Counted from the first letter of the stretch, positions 23,521 through 36,910 are shown. The stretch: DNA of 63,668 nucleotides from Octopus bimaculoides (GCF_001194135.2 NC_068981.1:141624736-141688403); one strand, 5' to 3'. Notes: generated by a model from the letters alone, not told the origin. Numbers and translations are program-made.

Positions 23521-26046
23521 CTATATGTGTATGTTTATATGTGTGTGATAGTGTGTGTGTGTTCCTACATTGATTTTCTCAACACAGATGTTATCGAATA
23601 CAGTATTACGTGTAATACGTCTATGTGCATATAGGCTTCCTTGCTCTATATATTTTGAAAGTCTTTCCTCTTCTCCATTTTGTCATTTACACGTTCAATG
23701 AGACAGCAGTAACTTCTTGAATGACTCTTACATTATTTAGCTTACTTGAGTTTCCTCAAGTGAAGACATCATTTATTATATTCCATTATACTTACTTGAA
23801 ATCGTCTGAACCTGATTGACAAGAAGTACATTAGTTTCGCTTATTCTTTATATGTCTTTCCAAGTATATATATATCGTTACTTCTACGGCGAATAATTTC
23901 ACGAGAAAATATTGTAACTTAATATACATTCAGTCAGCTTTCAGATGAGATCACATCGGGCTACTAGCTTCATATTCGAAGTGATCGCTAATAATGATAA
24001 CATTGCGTAGAAGCTTGAATTTTCTACTTAGCATAACTCAAATTTGTGGTAGTACTATTGTCAGACTTAGATCAAGTGTGATATAAAAATGGAAAATTCG
24101 GTTTAATTTGTAGTATTTATATGTAGCATCACATTGTTTTTTTGTTTGCAATAGAAATTAAGCGTGAAAATACAAAAGAAATGTTGAATAACTGCATGAA
24201 TTTTTTATACATGGCTAACTTTTGCTTTACAAAAATATAGTTAAGTGCGGGATAACGGACCTAATGCTCCGCATGCGTATTGCGAAAAGAAAGAACATTT
24301 GCATTAATGATAATGATAATGATCCTTAATAATATGAGTGATAAATCTGAAAGAGAAAGATTTTAACCGTGAAATTGAGGCATGGAGTGGAGATGGTGTC
24401 ATATTTTCAGCAACTGCATCGCCAGCTCTGGACATCTATATATTTCACAGGACTTCCATACATTACGGTTCTTTTAGTACTTTACGGATCTGAAAACGAA
24501 ATTGAATTCTTAGATATTTATTGAATATACTTTCCCTAGTTAAACCATTCTAACTCATTCCAATAAATTTCTAATTTACATGAAACTAGAAATGCATAAC
24601 TTCAAATCGCTGATGTTATACACAAACATACACACCCACTCATGCACTCACACTCACACGTACACATACACGCACACACACACATGCACACACAGACACA
24701 GACACATACACATATAGACGCATGATGTATATATGTGTATGCATATATATGTAGCTACAAATATTTCCCATAAAATTTAGCCAAATTATTCATCCTTAAT
24801 CAGATGCAAACTTCCAATCATTTCTCAAGCTGAAATAATCTTCACTGACTTTCAGCTTTCCGACGTTGTTAAAGCGACGGCTTGAATGAGTGTCCGAATT
24901 TGTTCTGACGTTCTGTTCTGCGAGTGCAAGTCACATATGTCATTTTGTCCTTCTATTTTGAGTTCAAACCTCACGTCTTGCCACCAGAAAATCGGAAGAG
25001 TGCATGTGTGCGTATATATATATATATATATNNNNNNNNNNNNNNNNNNNNNNNNNNNNNNNNNNNNNNNNGTGTGTGTGTGTGTGTGTATGTGTATGTG
25101 TGTGTGTGTGTGTGTGTGTGTTCAAACGCGTGCGTGTGTGTTTGTCTTAGGAAGAGGATCATCTGAAATCATGTTATGGAGGAATGTCCGGACATGTAGA
25201 ATGATACAACCATGTCAACTGCTTGCCTGCAGACCTTAGTATAGACTGCTCTCTTTCTTCATCGTGTCATGTATATCGCTAAGACAACAGCATGCAATCT
25301 TTTGGCATTCTCTCAACTAATAAATTGTATACTTTGTCAACCCAACTGATATTACTCGTGCGTCATCCTCACTGTTTTATACCCTGGACACCCTACTGAA
25401 TGAATCACACAGTCTTTCTCGATCTAAGCTACACATCTATGAAATTCCTACATATCTTGGAAATTGGGACCTACTTATGTTCAAACTAAAAAAAAAAAAN
25501 NNNNNNNNNNNNNNNNNNNNAAAAAAAAAGCACGTTCTTTTTTCTTCTCCTAAGAAAAAAGATTTTTTTTTTTTATTCTAAATCTGTCCACATTTTCTTC
25601 TATGCGCGCTTAAAATAAATACAAACAATATAGAACTCACCATTCAGAATAAGCTGGCAAAGTATATAACTACATCCTCACCTCCGACTCACTTATGTAA
25701 CTAAAATATTTGTGACATACAAAACTTGTACTCAACGTATTTTGACAGCAGGAGAAGCTGTATAGCAATCATCATATCTCAGTGTATATTCAGACAGAAA
25801 GAAAGGTTAAAGGCCTATCAGTAGTGGGAATATGGCGAACAGTTGATACAGAAACGTAGTAATTTTGAAATTTGATGTGACCTTATAAGAAATATTTGGA
25901 ACATGTCAAGTCGTACACTTAACTGCAAGTGTCAAAGCATTTCTTATTATATTACATATGAATATATATATACAATGAAAAATAACAATACTAATTGCAC
26001 ATGCACGCAATTACAAATACACATACGCACACTGATATATATTTAC

Positions 26047-26103
<57 letters not shown>

Positions 26104-26220
26104 TGTGTGTATGTGTGTATGTGCTGTGTGTGTGAGGGCGTATGCAATNNNNNNNNNNCTATACAATCATACATGACATCCATATATATATACATATATG
26201 TATATATATACATACACACA

Positions 26221-26261
<41 letters not shown>

Positions 26262-26626
26262 GGTAATTTGAGAACTATTCTTCTCCTTTCTTTAAAACTC
26301 ACACAAGAGCTACGCAAACCTGAATCAGGGTCTCATATTTCATATTTACCATGTAAAAGGCTTGTGTTTGTGCGGGCGTAGTGAGATTCAGCTATTGCCT
26401 AAGTATTATTATAAGTTACTCCTGTGATTCCAAGGACATTGGCCTGAAAGATGACGCCTCAGTATTCTGTTGACTACGATTTTCTCTACATTTGAACGTG
26501 TGACATTAGCTTTTCTGATGTCGGTTACGAATGTTCTGCAACATGCACATTTAATCTTCCTCTGTTTCATATTTTTCCTTTTCGTAGTTTCCATTTGAAA
26601 ACTCCTTTTAGAATATTGCTGTTCTG

Positions 26627-26777
26627 TCTTTACGTTCTGAGTTCAAATTCCGCCGAGGTCGACTTTACCTTTCATCCATTCGTGGTCGATAAATTAAGTA
26701 GCAGTTGCGTACTCGGGTCGATCTACTCGACTGCCCCCCCTCCCCCAAACTTTCGGGCCTTGTGTCTGGAGTAGAAA
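26627..26777 (+). mobile_element. 5'-truncated SINE family A with probable 17-bp TSD
   Basis: TACGTTCTGAGTTCAAATTCCGCCGAGGTCGACTTT... is flanked by AGAATATTGCTGTTCTG (26610-26626) and AGAATGTTGCTGCTCTG (26778-26794). Confidence 0.85.
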
Positions 26778-27989
26778 AGAATGTTGCTGCTCTGGTAATC
26801 AGAATAAGTCACCTGCTAACTTTAATCTTCTTTTGGTAATGAACTTCCTACGTATCGGTTCTCATTAAAATGCCTTGATTACGTAGTGTTGGCACTTCGT
26901 TCTCAAGATCCTTTTCAAGTATAGTTGGCGTAACACAGATTTTTTTCGATTTTTCGCGTTCTTCGATGACACCTACAAAACTCTACTATTATAGAAGCCG
27001 ACCTTTATATTGTTAACCGATGGCGATTAAATAATTCGCGGAGCTGAACAAAATTTTCACTACCTACCTTCATAAACGTCCAGTATCTAGCTACAAGTTT
27101 GACATTTACCACACCAACTTATAATATTTGCCAGTTAGAGCACTCTCAAGGTATTTTCATTTTTTGTTTAAAGACATTTTTTATTTGTCAAAGGAAATTT
27201 TCGCTCCTTTCCTATTTTCTGAACGATTTATATATCAAGCATTTATGGAGTCAACCGCATCTCTAAACAGTGTGGCTAAATAAGTAATTATTTAACAACG
27301 GCTGGTGAAATGATATTGCTTTAGGTAACAAGTAAATTTTGTTTACTTTCTTTGTGCCTTATATCCAAATTACTAGCTGACTTTGATCACAAAGTTTTAC
27401 AGTATTAGTAGTAAAGAAAAGATCACCGTTTGAGAACTGCAAGCTATCTTACATGGATGAGCTACAACTGTGCTGTCTGTGCCAATGAGCGTCAGCATAC
27501 TGCATGTTTGCTTTTAGTTTGAGTTTCATTCCAGTTCTTCATGAGAAAGTCCAAGCCGGTCGCTAACAAGGAGAAACGACCTTTGAGTTAAGAGTATTCT
27601 CGGCGTTTACAAATATGTGTTTGAGCTGGTGTGCTGGTTGAACCGTTGATGCATACACCCAAGTGTGTGCATCTAATTACCTAACAATCTTAGATGGAGA
27701 ATATCGGGAATGTTTTAAAAACTTCATGTGTCACTAATAAGTTGGATTTGGAGAAACCGCGTCAGCTTCTTTTGCTCTTTCTCTGTGAATCCGAGTATTT
27801 CTAGTTTTATATGCAAATTTGTTGGTCCATAACTTAATGTGATGGAGAGAACTGAGCATTCATAGTCATGGTGAACTTCTCATATGATGTTACATCTCGT
27901 TTTTTGACCCATAATAACACTTTTCTTGAGCACTTCCCTAATAATTCAGGACGATAAAATTGTTGCTGTTTCACGAAAACGGCCGACGT

Positions 27990-29390
27990 TTGTTTACATA
28001 GGCTATCCAGAAAAAAGTGCAAAATGATCATGACTTTGCATCTAACCTATGAATGTTAGGGGTTAATTTCCGCGGTAGGCTTTGTGAATCTTTTGCCGCG
28101 GAAGATGGTGTAAAGTAAGGAAATTTTGATGCACTCAGGCTATTTGCCATATAAATTGCTGTTGTGCTGTCACACGCTTTCCAAATATCCGAGGAAGGTA
28201 TGTACATAAAATATTGAACAACAGAGAATGTTTTTAATCTGACCAGACTGAAATTCAAAACAAAGGTCTATACTTCGTTCGCTAGGGAACCATTATACGC
28301 TGCCGGTTGCGATCTAGTTAGTCACACTGAAACGGGCCTGCAATCTTTTGCATCTGCATTTGGCTCAGCTTCTGATGATTTTGGCTTGACCATCAACTTG
28401 AAAATGACAGTTATAATATATCAACCTTCAACTGCTGCAGTTTACAAGCTTCCCCAAATTTTCGTTAAGGGTAAGTTACTTGAGGACGTTGACTCTTTCA
28501 TCGACCTCGGGAGCACTGTAGAAAATGATGGAGATCTGAACACAGAAATATATCTGCGAATTCAAAGAGCAGCACAAACATTTGGCGGTTTAGAGTCACG
28601 CGTTTGGCGTCAGTGACAAATTAATAACAACACAAAATTGGCTCTTAGCAAATCGTTTGTCTTACCATCCCTGTTGTATTCTTCTGAAACACGGACGAGT
28701 TATGAAAGACACTTCAAATTGTTGGAACGATTCCACTAAAAATGCCTTCACCGCATTTTAAACATCGAATTGGGATTTTTTTTTTTACTCCAGACACGGA
28801 TGTCTTTCCGTCTGCAGCCATCACTTCAATTAGAGTAAAAATTCTGAAAAATCAAATGAGATGGTCCGGCCATATCATTCGATATGTTTTATGGCGAGCT
28901 TGCAGAGGGGAAACGCATTCGGTGTAAACATAAACAGAGGTTTAAGGACAGCATAAGGACTACCATGGAGTCATTTGAGATGCAACATGCAAGCCAGAAT
29001 TTTGCGATAGAGAAGGTGAATCTCAGTGAACTTTTTGTGTGCTCAGATTGTGTCAGACGATGCCTTCCTTTTGCTTGGCTCAAATTTCATTTGTGGACCC
29101 ATGAAAGCCGAAACTCCACTAACAACACTGTTATATATATGTGTAAACATTTCAGTGCCTTGTATGCCATAAGGTCTGCAAATGTAATGGATGCCTCAAA
29201 AGTTAATTTAAGATCCACAAATATCAGAAATTAACTGCTGTTCTTGGTGGTCCAAATCTGATTTGCAGTCTATGTGAGTGTCTTATAAAAACCATACTTG
29301 GTTTAAAAAGCCACATCAGACACCATGATAGATCTAAGGTGTAGGTACTAGAGGTGGTCGGTCTCAGCATGAGGAGTAGACAACCACCAA
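27990..29390 (+). mobile_element. RTE-clade LINE, 5'-truncated and decayed
   Basis: VFNLTRLKFKTKV...FGLTINLKMTVIIYQP...FIDLGSTVENDGDLNTEIYLRIQRAAQTFGGLESRVW...LLYSSET...QMRWSGHIIR...FYGELAEGKR..KHKQRFKDSI, with C-terminal C2H2-like motifs and (TA)n downstream. Confidence 0.85.
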
Positions 29391-29396
29391 ATATTT

Positions 29397-29441
<45 letters not shown>

Positions 29442-30716
29442 TATGGCATATGCTGTTAGGAAATTGGCAGAGTACAGTATAAATCTCGCCCATCCTCAGA
29501 ATTACCCAATACTATCCTGTAGCATTATTAAATGTCGAGCCGTACTTCTTCTTTTTGACACAAGAATTATATATATATATATATACAGAGAGAAGGACAG
29601 AAAGAGAGTGAGAGAGAGTGAGACCATCAGACATGCGGATTAGATAGCTAGCTAGCTAACTAGCTAGCTAGCTAGATAGATAGAAAGTCGACAGTGATGG
29701 ATGGGTGGAAGGACATATACACAGATGGATAGAGAGAAAGAGAAAAAGAGAGAGAACAAAATAGATCAATTAATAGATGTACAAAGTAAACACATACACA
29801 GATAGACAGATAGATAGATAGTTAAATGGATAGATAGATATATAGATAGATAGAAAGGGAGAGAGAGAGAAGCGATGGATGGATGATTTTATGACAGAAG
29901 GGCAGGGAGAGAGATAAATGGTTGGATGTTTGAATAGGTGGATAAATTTACAGACTCATATAAAGATTAAATAAATAGATGTATAGATAGAAAGAATATA
30001 GTTGCAAAACATGCAATTAAAAACAGAATAAATTGGTTCATAAATGACTATATATTACAAAAATTAGCTAATGATTAAACTAATTTGTTTCTTAATATAC
30101 GTATACGAAGGCGTGATATGAAAAAGCGACTACATTACTTTAATCCCTACTGGCATTAAATATCCATTTGATATAAATTGGTTTCATGTATAATGTTCAC
30201 AAAGATTGCCTAATTAACATGTTGATGTCAACTGATATGTTCTGAATTCCAAACGATGTTGTATCATGCTAATTAGTTAGCTTCAAACCGTATACATTCA
30301 CATCGGAAATCTTGATGGCAAAAAGAAAATGATATTTTTTTTTATAGAAATACAAATATAAATACACACCACAAGCATACACACACACACACACCCACAC
30401 CCAAACACCCACACACACACCCACACACACCCACACTCTGATCTGATACGCCCATAATTATCATAGAAGCATATACCTGTATGTGTGTGTGCGTGCGTGT
30501 TAGCGTTTGTGCGTGTGTGCATGAGTAGATTATTGCATATATCTTTACATAACTATGCTATCGCGCTCAGGCACACATAAATGAATTTGCGCAAGAGCGC
30601 AACAATCTTTCATAGTATTTTTCATAAGTAGCTACAATCTGTCTGTCTGCCTGTCTGTGAGTTTGTCTATTTGTTTACCTGCCTCTCTCCCCTTCTCCCC
30701 TGTGATTCTCTCTCTT

Positions 30717-30760
<44 letters not shown>

Positions 30761-30900
30761 ACTAAATCGGAATTGCTAAACATTCCTTTTAGACGGCAAT
30801 GGGCACGCAAAAAATATTGTGTTGTGAGAGGAAACGACTCGCGATTGTACAAGTCCACATTTAGAGAGAGAGAAAGGCATGGGGAGAAAGTGAGAGAGAA

Positions 30901-30945
<45 letters not shown>

Positions 30946-31379
30946 TGGGGAAAGAGGAAAGAATGAAAAAGAGACATGGGCAAATAGATGGATAGGTACA
31001 TAGATAACTTGATGGAAAAACAGTAAAGCGTACCTCATCGCTCTTAGAAGTTTCAACTGGTGCTACGTCAGGGTATAGCCTTGCGAGTATGTGTGCATGT
31101 GTTTGCGTGGGTGTGTGTGTATATGTGTGTATGCGTGAACGTGCGTGTTTGTACTCATAATGAAACTGAAAGTTAGTTAAGTAGCTATATACGAGATATA
31201 AGGAGAATTGGGATAATTGGTCGATAATTGGCAGAAATGCATGATTCGAAAAACTGACAGAAATATTCACTGTTGTGTTGGAACTGTTCCACTATTGTAA
31301 GCCATGGATTCAAATCATGTAAATGGACAAGTTCTGGGAAGGAATCATGTTGATGGTTCCCAAATCCACTTAGGAATGG

Positions 31380-32200
31380 ACTACATGGGAGCTTTTCCTC
31401 TAAGGTTGCTTAGAAGTGGTGAATGGTTACATCGCTTCCATCATAACTTACTCTCTAATCGCTGTAAATAGCTACAGTCTTCGTTTGGCTAGATCAGAGT
31501 CTGTGAAAGTGATGAGTTACACTGAACTAGTAATACATCTTTTGTCAGCATTCTGTGGAGAGCACTCTAAATCGGATCACGAACATGTGCAATCTCCGTG
31601 TATAAGACATATTTTTCTGCACCTTTTTTCTTTGACGGAGTTGCCGTCCTGTGTCACGGTAGAGCAAGATTGGACGCTGACATATTTGATGTCATCAGGT
31701 GCTTCCAACAGTCTACAAGACAGACTTTGCGGTCAATGGAAATGTCACTTAAACTATATGTAGAGAACTATTGCTAAATAAGAAGAATGATATTGTCGAG
31801 GAATCTCAAGGACATAATATTGACGAGGACGGACCAGTTGGTCTATTTCGGAGGACTATTTGGATGATAATAACAAGAGAAAATATCCAGAAATCCTTGG
31901 CTGGACGGTGCTACCAACCAGCAATCCTGGTTCGAGATAATTTGTTCAGGTATGGAAGTGATGCCAGATTTCACTGTTTTTATTGCGCACAAAGTGACGA
32001 AAACTTATGAAGTTATAACGAACAGCAAAGGACTGAATCCATTTTCTCACCACCCGTCGCTGTTCAAGGAGAGCAGGTACTGTTCCTCCATTTGTTGACT
32101 ATAATTTTACGTGAGACACCTGACTGAAGGAAATGAGTACAGAAACATTTTATTTCGGTGAAGATCTCATCGAATTTTATTAAAAGTGGAAGCACAAATT
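31380..32200 (+). mobile_element. L1/Tx1-like ORF2 3' remnant (zinc-binding zf-RVT-like region)
   Basis: GLFRRTI...IQKSLAGRCYQPAILVRDNLFRYGSDARFHCFYCAQSDE resembles the W...L.VRD.L.R.G....CxxC...E motif of L1/Tx1 ORF2. Heavily decayed. Confidence 0.55.
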
Positions 32201-32320
32201 ATCCCCTACAAAACATATCAACAATTGGCAGTCTTTGTAGAACGGATCAGAGTATATGGAACTATACTCTGAATGTGCCTTAAACACTGTATACTAACAG
32301 CTGGGCGTGGGATTGAACCT

Positions 32321-32545
32321 AAGTGGTTAGGGTGATTGTGGATATGTGATTCGATTCCCAGACAAGTAATGCGTTGTGATCTTGAGGAAAGCACTTCATT
32401 TCATGTTGATTCAGTCCAACCAGCTGTAAAGTGGTACATCTATCACGTGCTAGATTTCCGTTCAGAGGGGATGTTGGCCTGCCTGTGGAGCACATCCTAC
32501 GGAATCTACAACTATAATAGGAACCACATTGTGACCAACGGTGTC
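32321..32545 (+). mobile_element. SINE family B (tail type 3)
   Basis: AGTGGTTAGGGT...GATTCGATTCCC, core GTGATCTTGAGGAAAGCACTTCATTTCATGTTGATTCAGTCCAACCAGCTG, then a tail unlike those at 14825 and 23225. Confidence 0.7.
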
Positions 32546-34185
32546 TAGCAACATCCAATACTTTGATTGATAGACTGAAAAAGTGAAGTATACTTTCTAC
32601 TTCACCTCCTCCTCCTCATCATCATCCTTAATACAAAAGATGTTTTTGTGATGTTCCCCTTTTCATTTGCCTTCTACAGCAATTAAAATATATCATTATT
32701 TTTTTGGTTGTTGCTGGTATTATTTTTTATATCAATATTATTGTTGCTGTTGATATGCACTTATATAACTATCTCAACGTTATGCAATTCTGAAACTATA
32801 GAACTATAGAAATATCATTTATCATTAAGTCATGAAGTAAATTTAAAAAGTGGAACCACTTAATTTCAATATTCTATTTTTCTCATACTTTTTAACTCAT
32901 ATATACAACATGCTTAGACGAAATTTGTCGCCATGGGTATATTGGACAGGAATGTAATTCATTCATGTATATAACATCCAACCATTCATCTATCCGCCCG
33001 TTCATCTTCCCAGATACATACCTACATAAATACGTGTGCGTTAATATGTGTATGTGAACTACGAGGACTTATTATTAATCATAAGTAATACATATATAAA
33101 ATCATAACAACACAAACAAAGGAATTACACAACTACTATACACTGAGAACGACATATGACTGAATGTATTTTAGTGTGTATGTGCCTGTATGGACGCCTT
33201 TCTTGCAGGCGAATAGTCATTTGTTATGGTATATAAAGTGAAAACAGGAGATGTTGAAGTGTGGATTACTATATGTTAGCATATATCTGCTTTGGTAGTA
33301 TTTCTAATGTGTAGTATATACATTAATAAACTTGTACCCATGAGTGATCTTGTGTTTGTCTGTTGGGTGTGAGTACTTGTATGCGTAATAGCCTGTTTGA
33401 TTGTTTATAGGCATTTACTTGTAAGTGAGCTTGCGTGATTCTGTTGTTATGTCTTTTGTTGTTGTGTCTATACGTATGAGTAATAGTGAACTTTCTGTTC
33501 CTGTCAATTTCGCTTTCAGATCTGTAAGAAATGCGCAGAAAATAAGCAATATTATACATATTATTAATAAATATTTATCAAGTGTGCATTTCCTGTAGTT
33601 AACCTATATANNNNNNNNNNNNNNNNNNNNNNNNNNNNNNNNNNNNNNNNNNNNNNNNNNNNNNNNNNNNNNNNNNNNNNNNNNNNNNNNNNNNNNNNNN
33701 NNNNNNNNNNNNNNNNNNNNNNNNNNNNNNNNNNNNNNNNNNNNNNNNNNNNNNNNNNNNNNNNNNNNNNNNNNNNNNNNNNNNNNNNNNNNNNNNNNNN
33801 NNNNNNNNNNNNNNNNNNNNNNNNNNNNNNNNNNNNNNNNNNNNNNNNNNNNNNNNNNNNNNNNNNNNNNNNNNNNNNNNNNNNNNNNNNNNNNNNNNNN
33901 NNNNNNNNNNNNNNNNNNNNNNNNNNNNNNNNNNNNNNNNNNNNNNNNNNNNNNNNNNNNNNNNNNNNNNNNNNNNNNNNNNNNNNNNNNNNNNNNNNNN
34001 NNNNNNNNNNNNNNNNNNNNNNNNNNNNNNNNNNNNNNNNNNNNNNNNNNNNNNNNNNNNNNNNNNNNNNNNNNNNNNNNNNNNNNNNNNNNNNNNNNNN
34101 NNNNNNNNNNNNNNNNNNNNNNNNNNNNNNNNNNNNNNNNNNNNNNNNNNNNNNNNNNNNNNNNNNNNNNNNNNNNNNNNNNNNN

Positions 34186-34319
34186 GCGTAGAATGTGTGC
34201 AGTACCCAGTAGTGCAAATTTCTATATGTTATATATATTTGTAAGTCCTGGTGTTTTTGTTATGTATTTGTCTGAATATTTTTTTATTATACCTAAGGCA
34301 CCTACTATGATAGGAATTG

Positions 34320-34322
<3 letters not shown>
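34186..34322 (-). mobile_element. Very short 5'-truncated Dong-type copy joined directly to (TAA)n
   Basis: 135/137 identical to 7913-8049. It abuts (ATT)n at 34323-34385, and its 3' end lies in the gap 33611-34185. Confidence 0.9.
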
Positions 34323-34387
<65 letters not shown>

Positions 34388-35112
34388 GAAATCATAGCGG
34401 AAGAAGACATAATTCTCGTTTGATGTTTTGAATCAATTTGCCATATCAAATTGTTTCGTTGACTGATTACAATAGGCTTTGATTTTAGGTGATCATTCAT
34501 TTAAATTAGATAACCAATCGTGTAGATTAAATAACTAGGAAGAATTTTAGTTGTATTCTGCGCGTGCTATTTCTAGAAAATTAACGGCTCACCGCTCTGG
34601 AACTTAGTTGAACCTAACCAGTAGTAATAGGCTTGTCTTAAAACTGAAATCATTGAAGTTATTAAATATGTAACGCCCTCTGAGCAACATACAGATTGAT
34701 GCCCACATCAAATATATTTTCCTCAATGAACAATTAAATTGATAATTTGTATCAAAGTTATAAAACCGTCATACTTCTAAAACTGTCATATTTCAATCGA
34801 TATTAGTTTCGTGAATTCTATAAGACAATACCAGAAAATTCTAAATTTATGTTTCGTTTGTACAACATTTATTTGTATGAAAGCGGGCTTGAGTAGAATT
34901 AGATGAAGCAATTGTAGAATAAATGATAATTCATTGTTGATAAGTTTATTTGAAGAAATATTAAAAGTCTAATTAGAATAACTATGCAGTTAAAATATAT
35001 ACGCTAAAAAAAATATACGAAATTTAGTACTATCCTGAGCGCACGGATAACTCAGGATACGTTTCGGTATTACTCTGACCCCATATGTGATTCCTCTCAC
35101 ACTGTACGGGTA

Positions 35113-35156
<44 letters not shown>

Positions 35157-35181
35157 AAAGATCATTAAATTCATGTAAATA

Positions 35182-35775
35182 TTGGGTTGTCCGGAAAGTT
35201 CGTGCCGATTTTCCAAAAGGTTCTTCTCACTCAGCACATGTGCTACCCAAACATCGTAGCGATTTGTGTACCCAAACTTTACCAGGTGCTCATGAAAGAC
35301 GGATTTTGATAGGTTGATGCTTTCTGCCAATTCTCGGGTTGTGCAATGTGGATTATTCTCAATTAATGACTTGATTTGGTCATCATCTGTAGTGGATGGT
35401 CTGCCTGATTGCTCTTTATCAATAAGGTTACAATCTCCAGCTCGGAACCTTGCGAACCACTTCCATACAGTTCTATCGGATAAAGAAACATCACCGTAAA
35501 CTGTGCAATTTTTTTTGTTTGTTTGTGAGGCATTTTTCCCTTTATGGAAAAAGAAAAGCATCAAGTGCCGAAAATGAACTTTCTTATCTTCCATTTTAAA
35601 GGGTAACAGAATTAACACAGGTTAAAGAACATAAACCTTCTTCCACGAAAAGAAAGCTTAAACTGTGCTCTAAATGGAGGTGTAGTCAAATCCTATTGTA
35701 TGGACTCAACCATGTTCTAAACTAAGTCGAAGAGTAAGCTACTATAAATCGGCACGAACTTTCCGCACAACCCAA
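35182..35775 (-). mobile_element. Mariner family A deletion derivative: TIRs, TA TSD, intact N-terminal DNA-binding ORF
   Basis: TA|TTGGGTTGTCCGGAAAGTTCGTGCCGATTT ... AAATCGGCACGAACTTTCCGCACAACCCAA|TA. From ATG 35594 the ORF reads MEDKKVHFRHLMLFFF.KG...VYG...TVWKWFARFRAGD..L.D...SGRP...TTRELA...WVAHVLSEKNL without a stop, then runs into the TIR. Confidence 0.92.
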
Positions 35776-36033
35776 TAATTCGGGTTGAAGGAAATTATTG
35801 GATACATGAAGGATAATTATTGAATAGTTCAGTGACGGCATCAGAATTAAAGTTGTTAAGATAGTGTCAAATATGTTTAAGGTAGGGAGGTGTATTCAAA
35901 AGCTTGCGAGAAATATTTATACGTTATAAACAATTCTATTGGACAGCATCTAACAATATTTGTGTTTTTCAAACCAGTTTCTGATTTACTTTTATCTAAT
36001 ATTCAACTATTGTTTTCCATATAAATTTATGTA

Positions 36034-36910
36034 TTGGGTCATCCCATAAATAATACGGTTTTTCATTTCTAATCTAGAATAAACTCTCCTGTATTTTCTA
36101 CAATGCTCTTCCATCTATCTGGTAGAATTGCAAGGCCCCTCTTTCAAAATTCTTTTGTCCGTGACGAAAAATTCTCCTCCAGTACTGTTCACACCTCATC
36201 TACAGAATTCGTATTTTTCTGTTCAAATCATTCTGAAAACCACGGAATAAATGATAATCAGATTGTACAATGTCCATCGAATATGGTGGGTGGGGCATCA
36301 TTTCCCATTCAAACTGCTACAGCATTTGGAATGTCATTCGCACTGTAGGTGGCCGAGTATTATCCTGATGAAAGAACAAAGATGGTAGCTGAAACCAAAT
36401 ATGGTCGTTTTACGATGGTACGCGTGGTCGATGAATATTTGAATGACCAAATCTAAGCTTCTCTTCTAGTTCCTCAGCAGTTACGATGGGATTTTTTTTC
36501 CCACCAGGTTTTTCAGGACGTCCTTGTCAAGCTTTACAGATCTTCCTGGACGAAGCTTGTCTTCTAGGCTGTAGTTTCCAGCTCGGAATTTCTGGAACTA
36601 CCGTTGACAATGGCTTACGGTAATTGCCCGATTCCCATATACTGCATTAATATTCCTCACACTTGTTGCCTTTATTGAACGCATAAAGCAAAATATGCCG
36701 AATATGCTCCTTTGTTACTTATATTAAAGCTTTAAAAAAATAAATTTTAAAATCAAAGTGCAATCTTCAAAACTTCCACTAAGAATAAGTACAATGTGAA
36801 ATTACTACCTGCTTTTACAGCAAGATGATGCAGGTAGATTAGCCCGACCCCCACTTCCGGCTTTTAGTTCACGAAGTTGAAAAACCCGCATTATTTATGG
36901 GATGACCCAA
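36034..36910 (-). mobile_element. Mariner family B deletion derivative (N- and C-terminal remnants, middle deleted)
   Basis: TA|TTGGGTCATCCCATAAATAAT ... ATTATTTATGGGATGACCCAA|TA. Minus strand gives KEHIRHILLYAFNKG...FQKFRAGNYSLED..RPGR and FHQDNTRP...EMMPHPPYSMDIVQSDYHLFR...DRWKSIVENTGEFI. Confidence 0.9.

Noticed and set aside
25160-25480. Possible RTE-like 3' remnant on the minus strand (ISWVDKV...)
   Set aside because: Only one short motif is recognisable, which is too weak to annotate.
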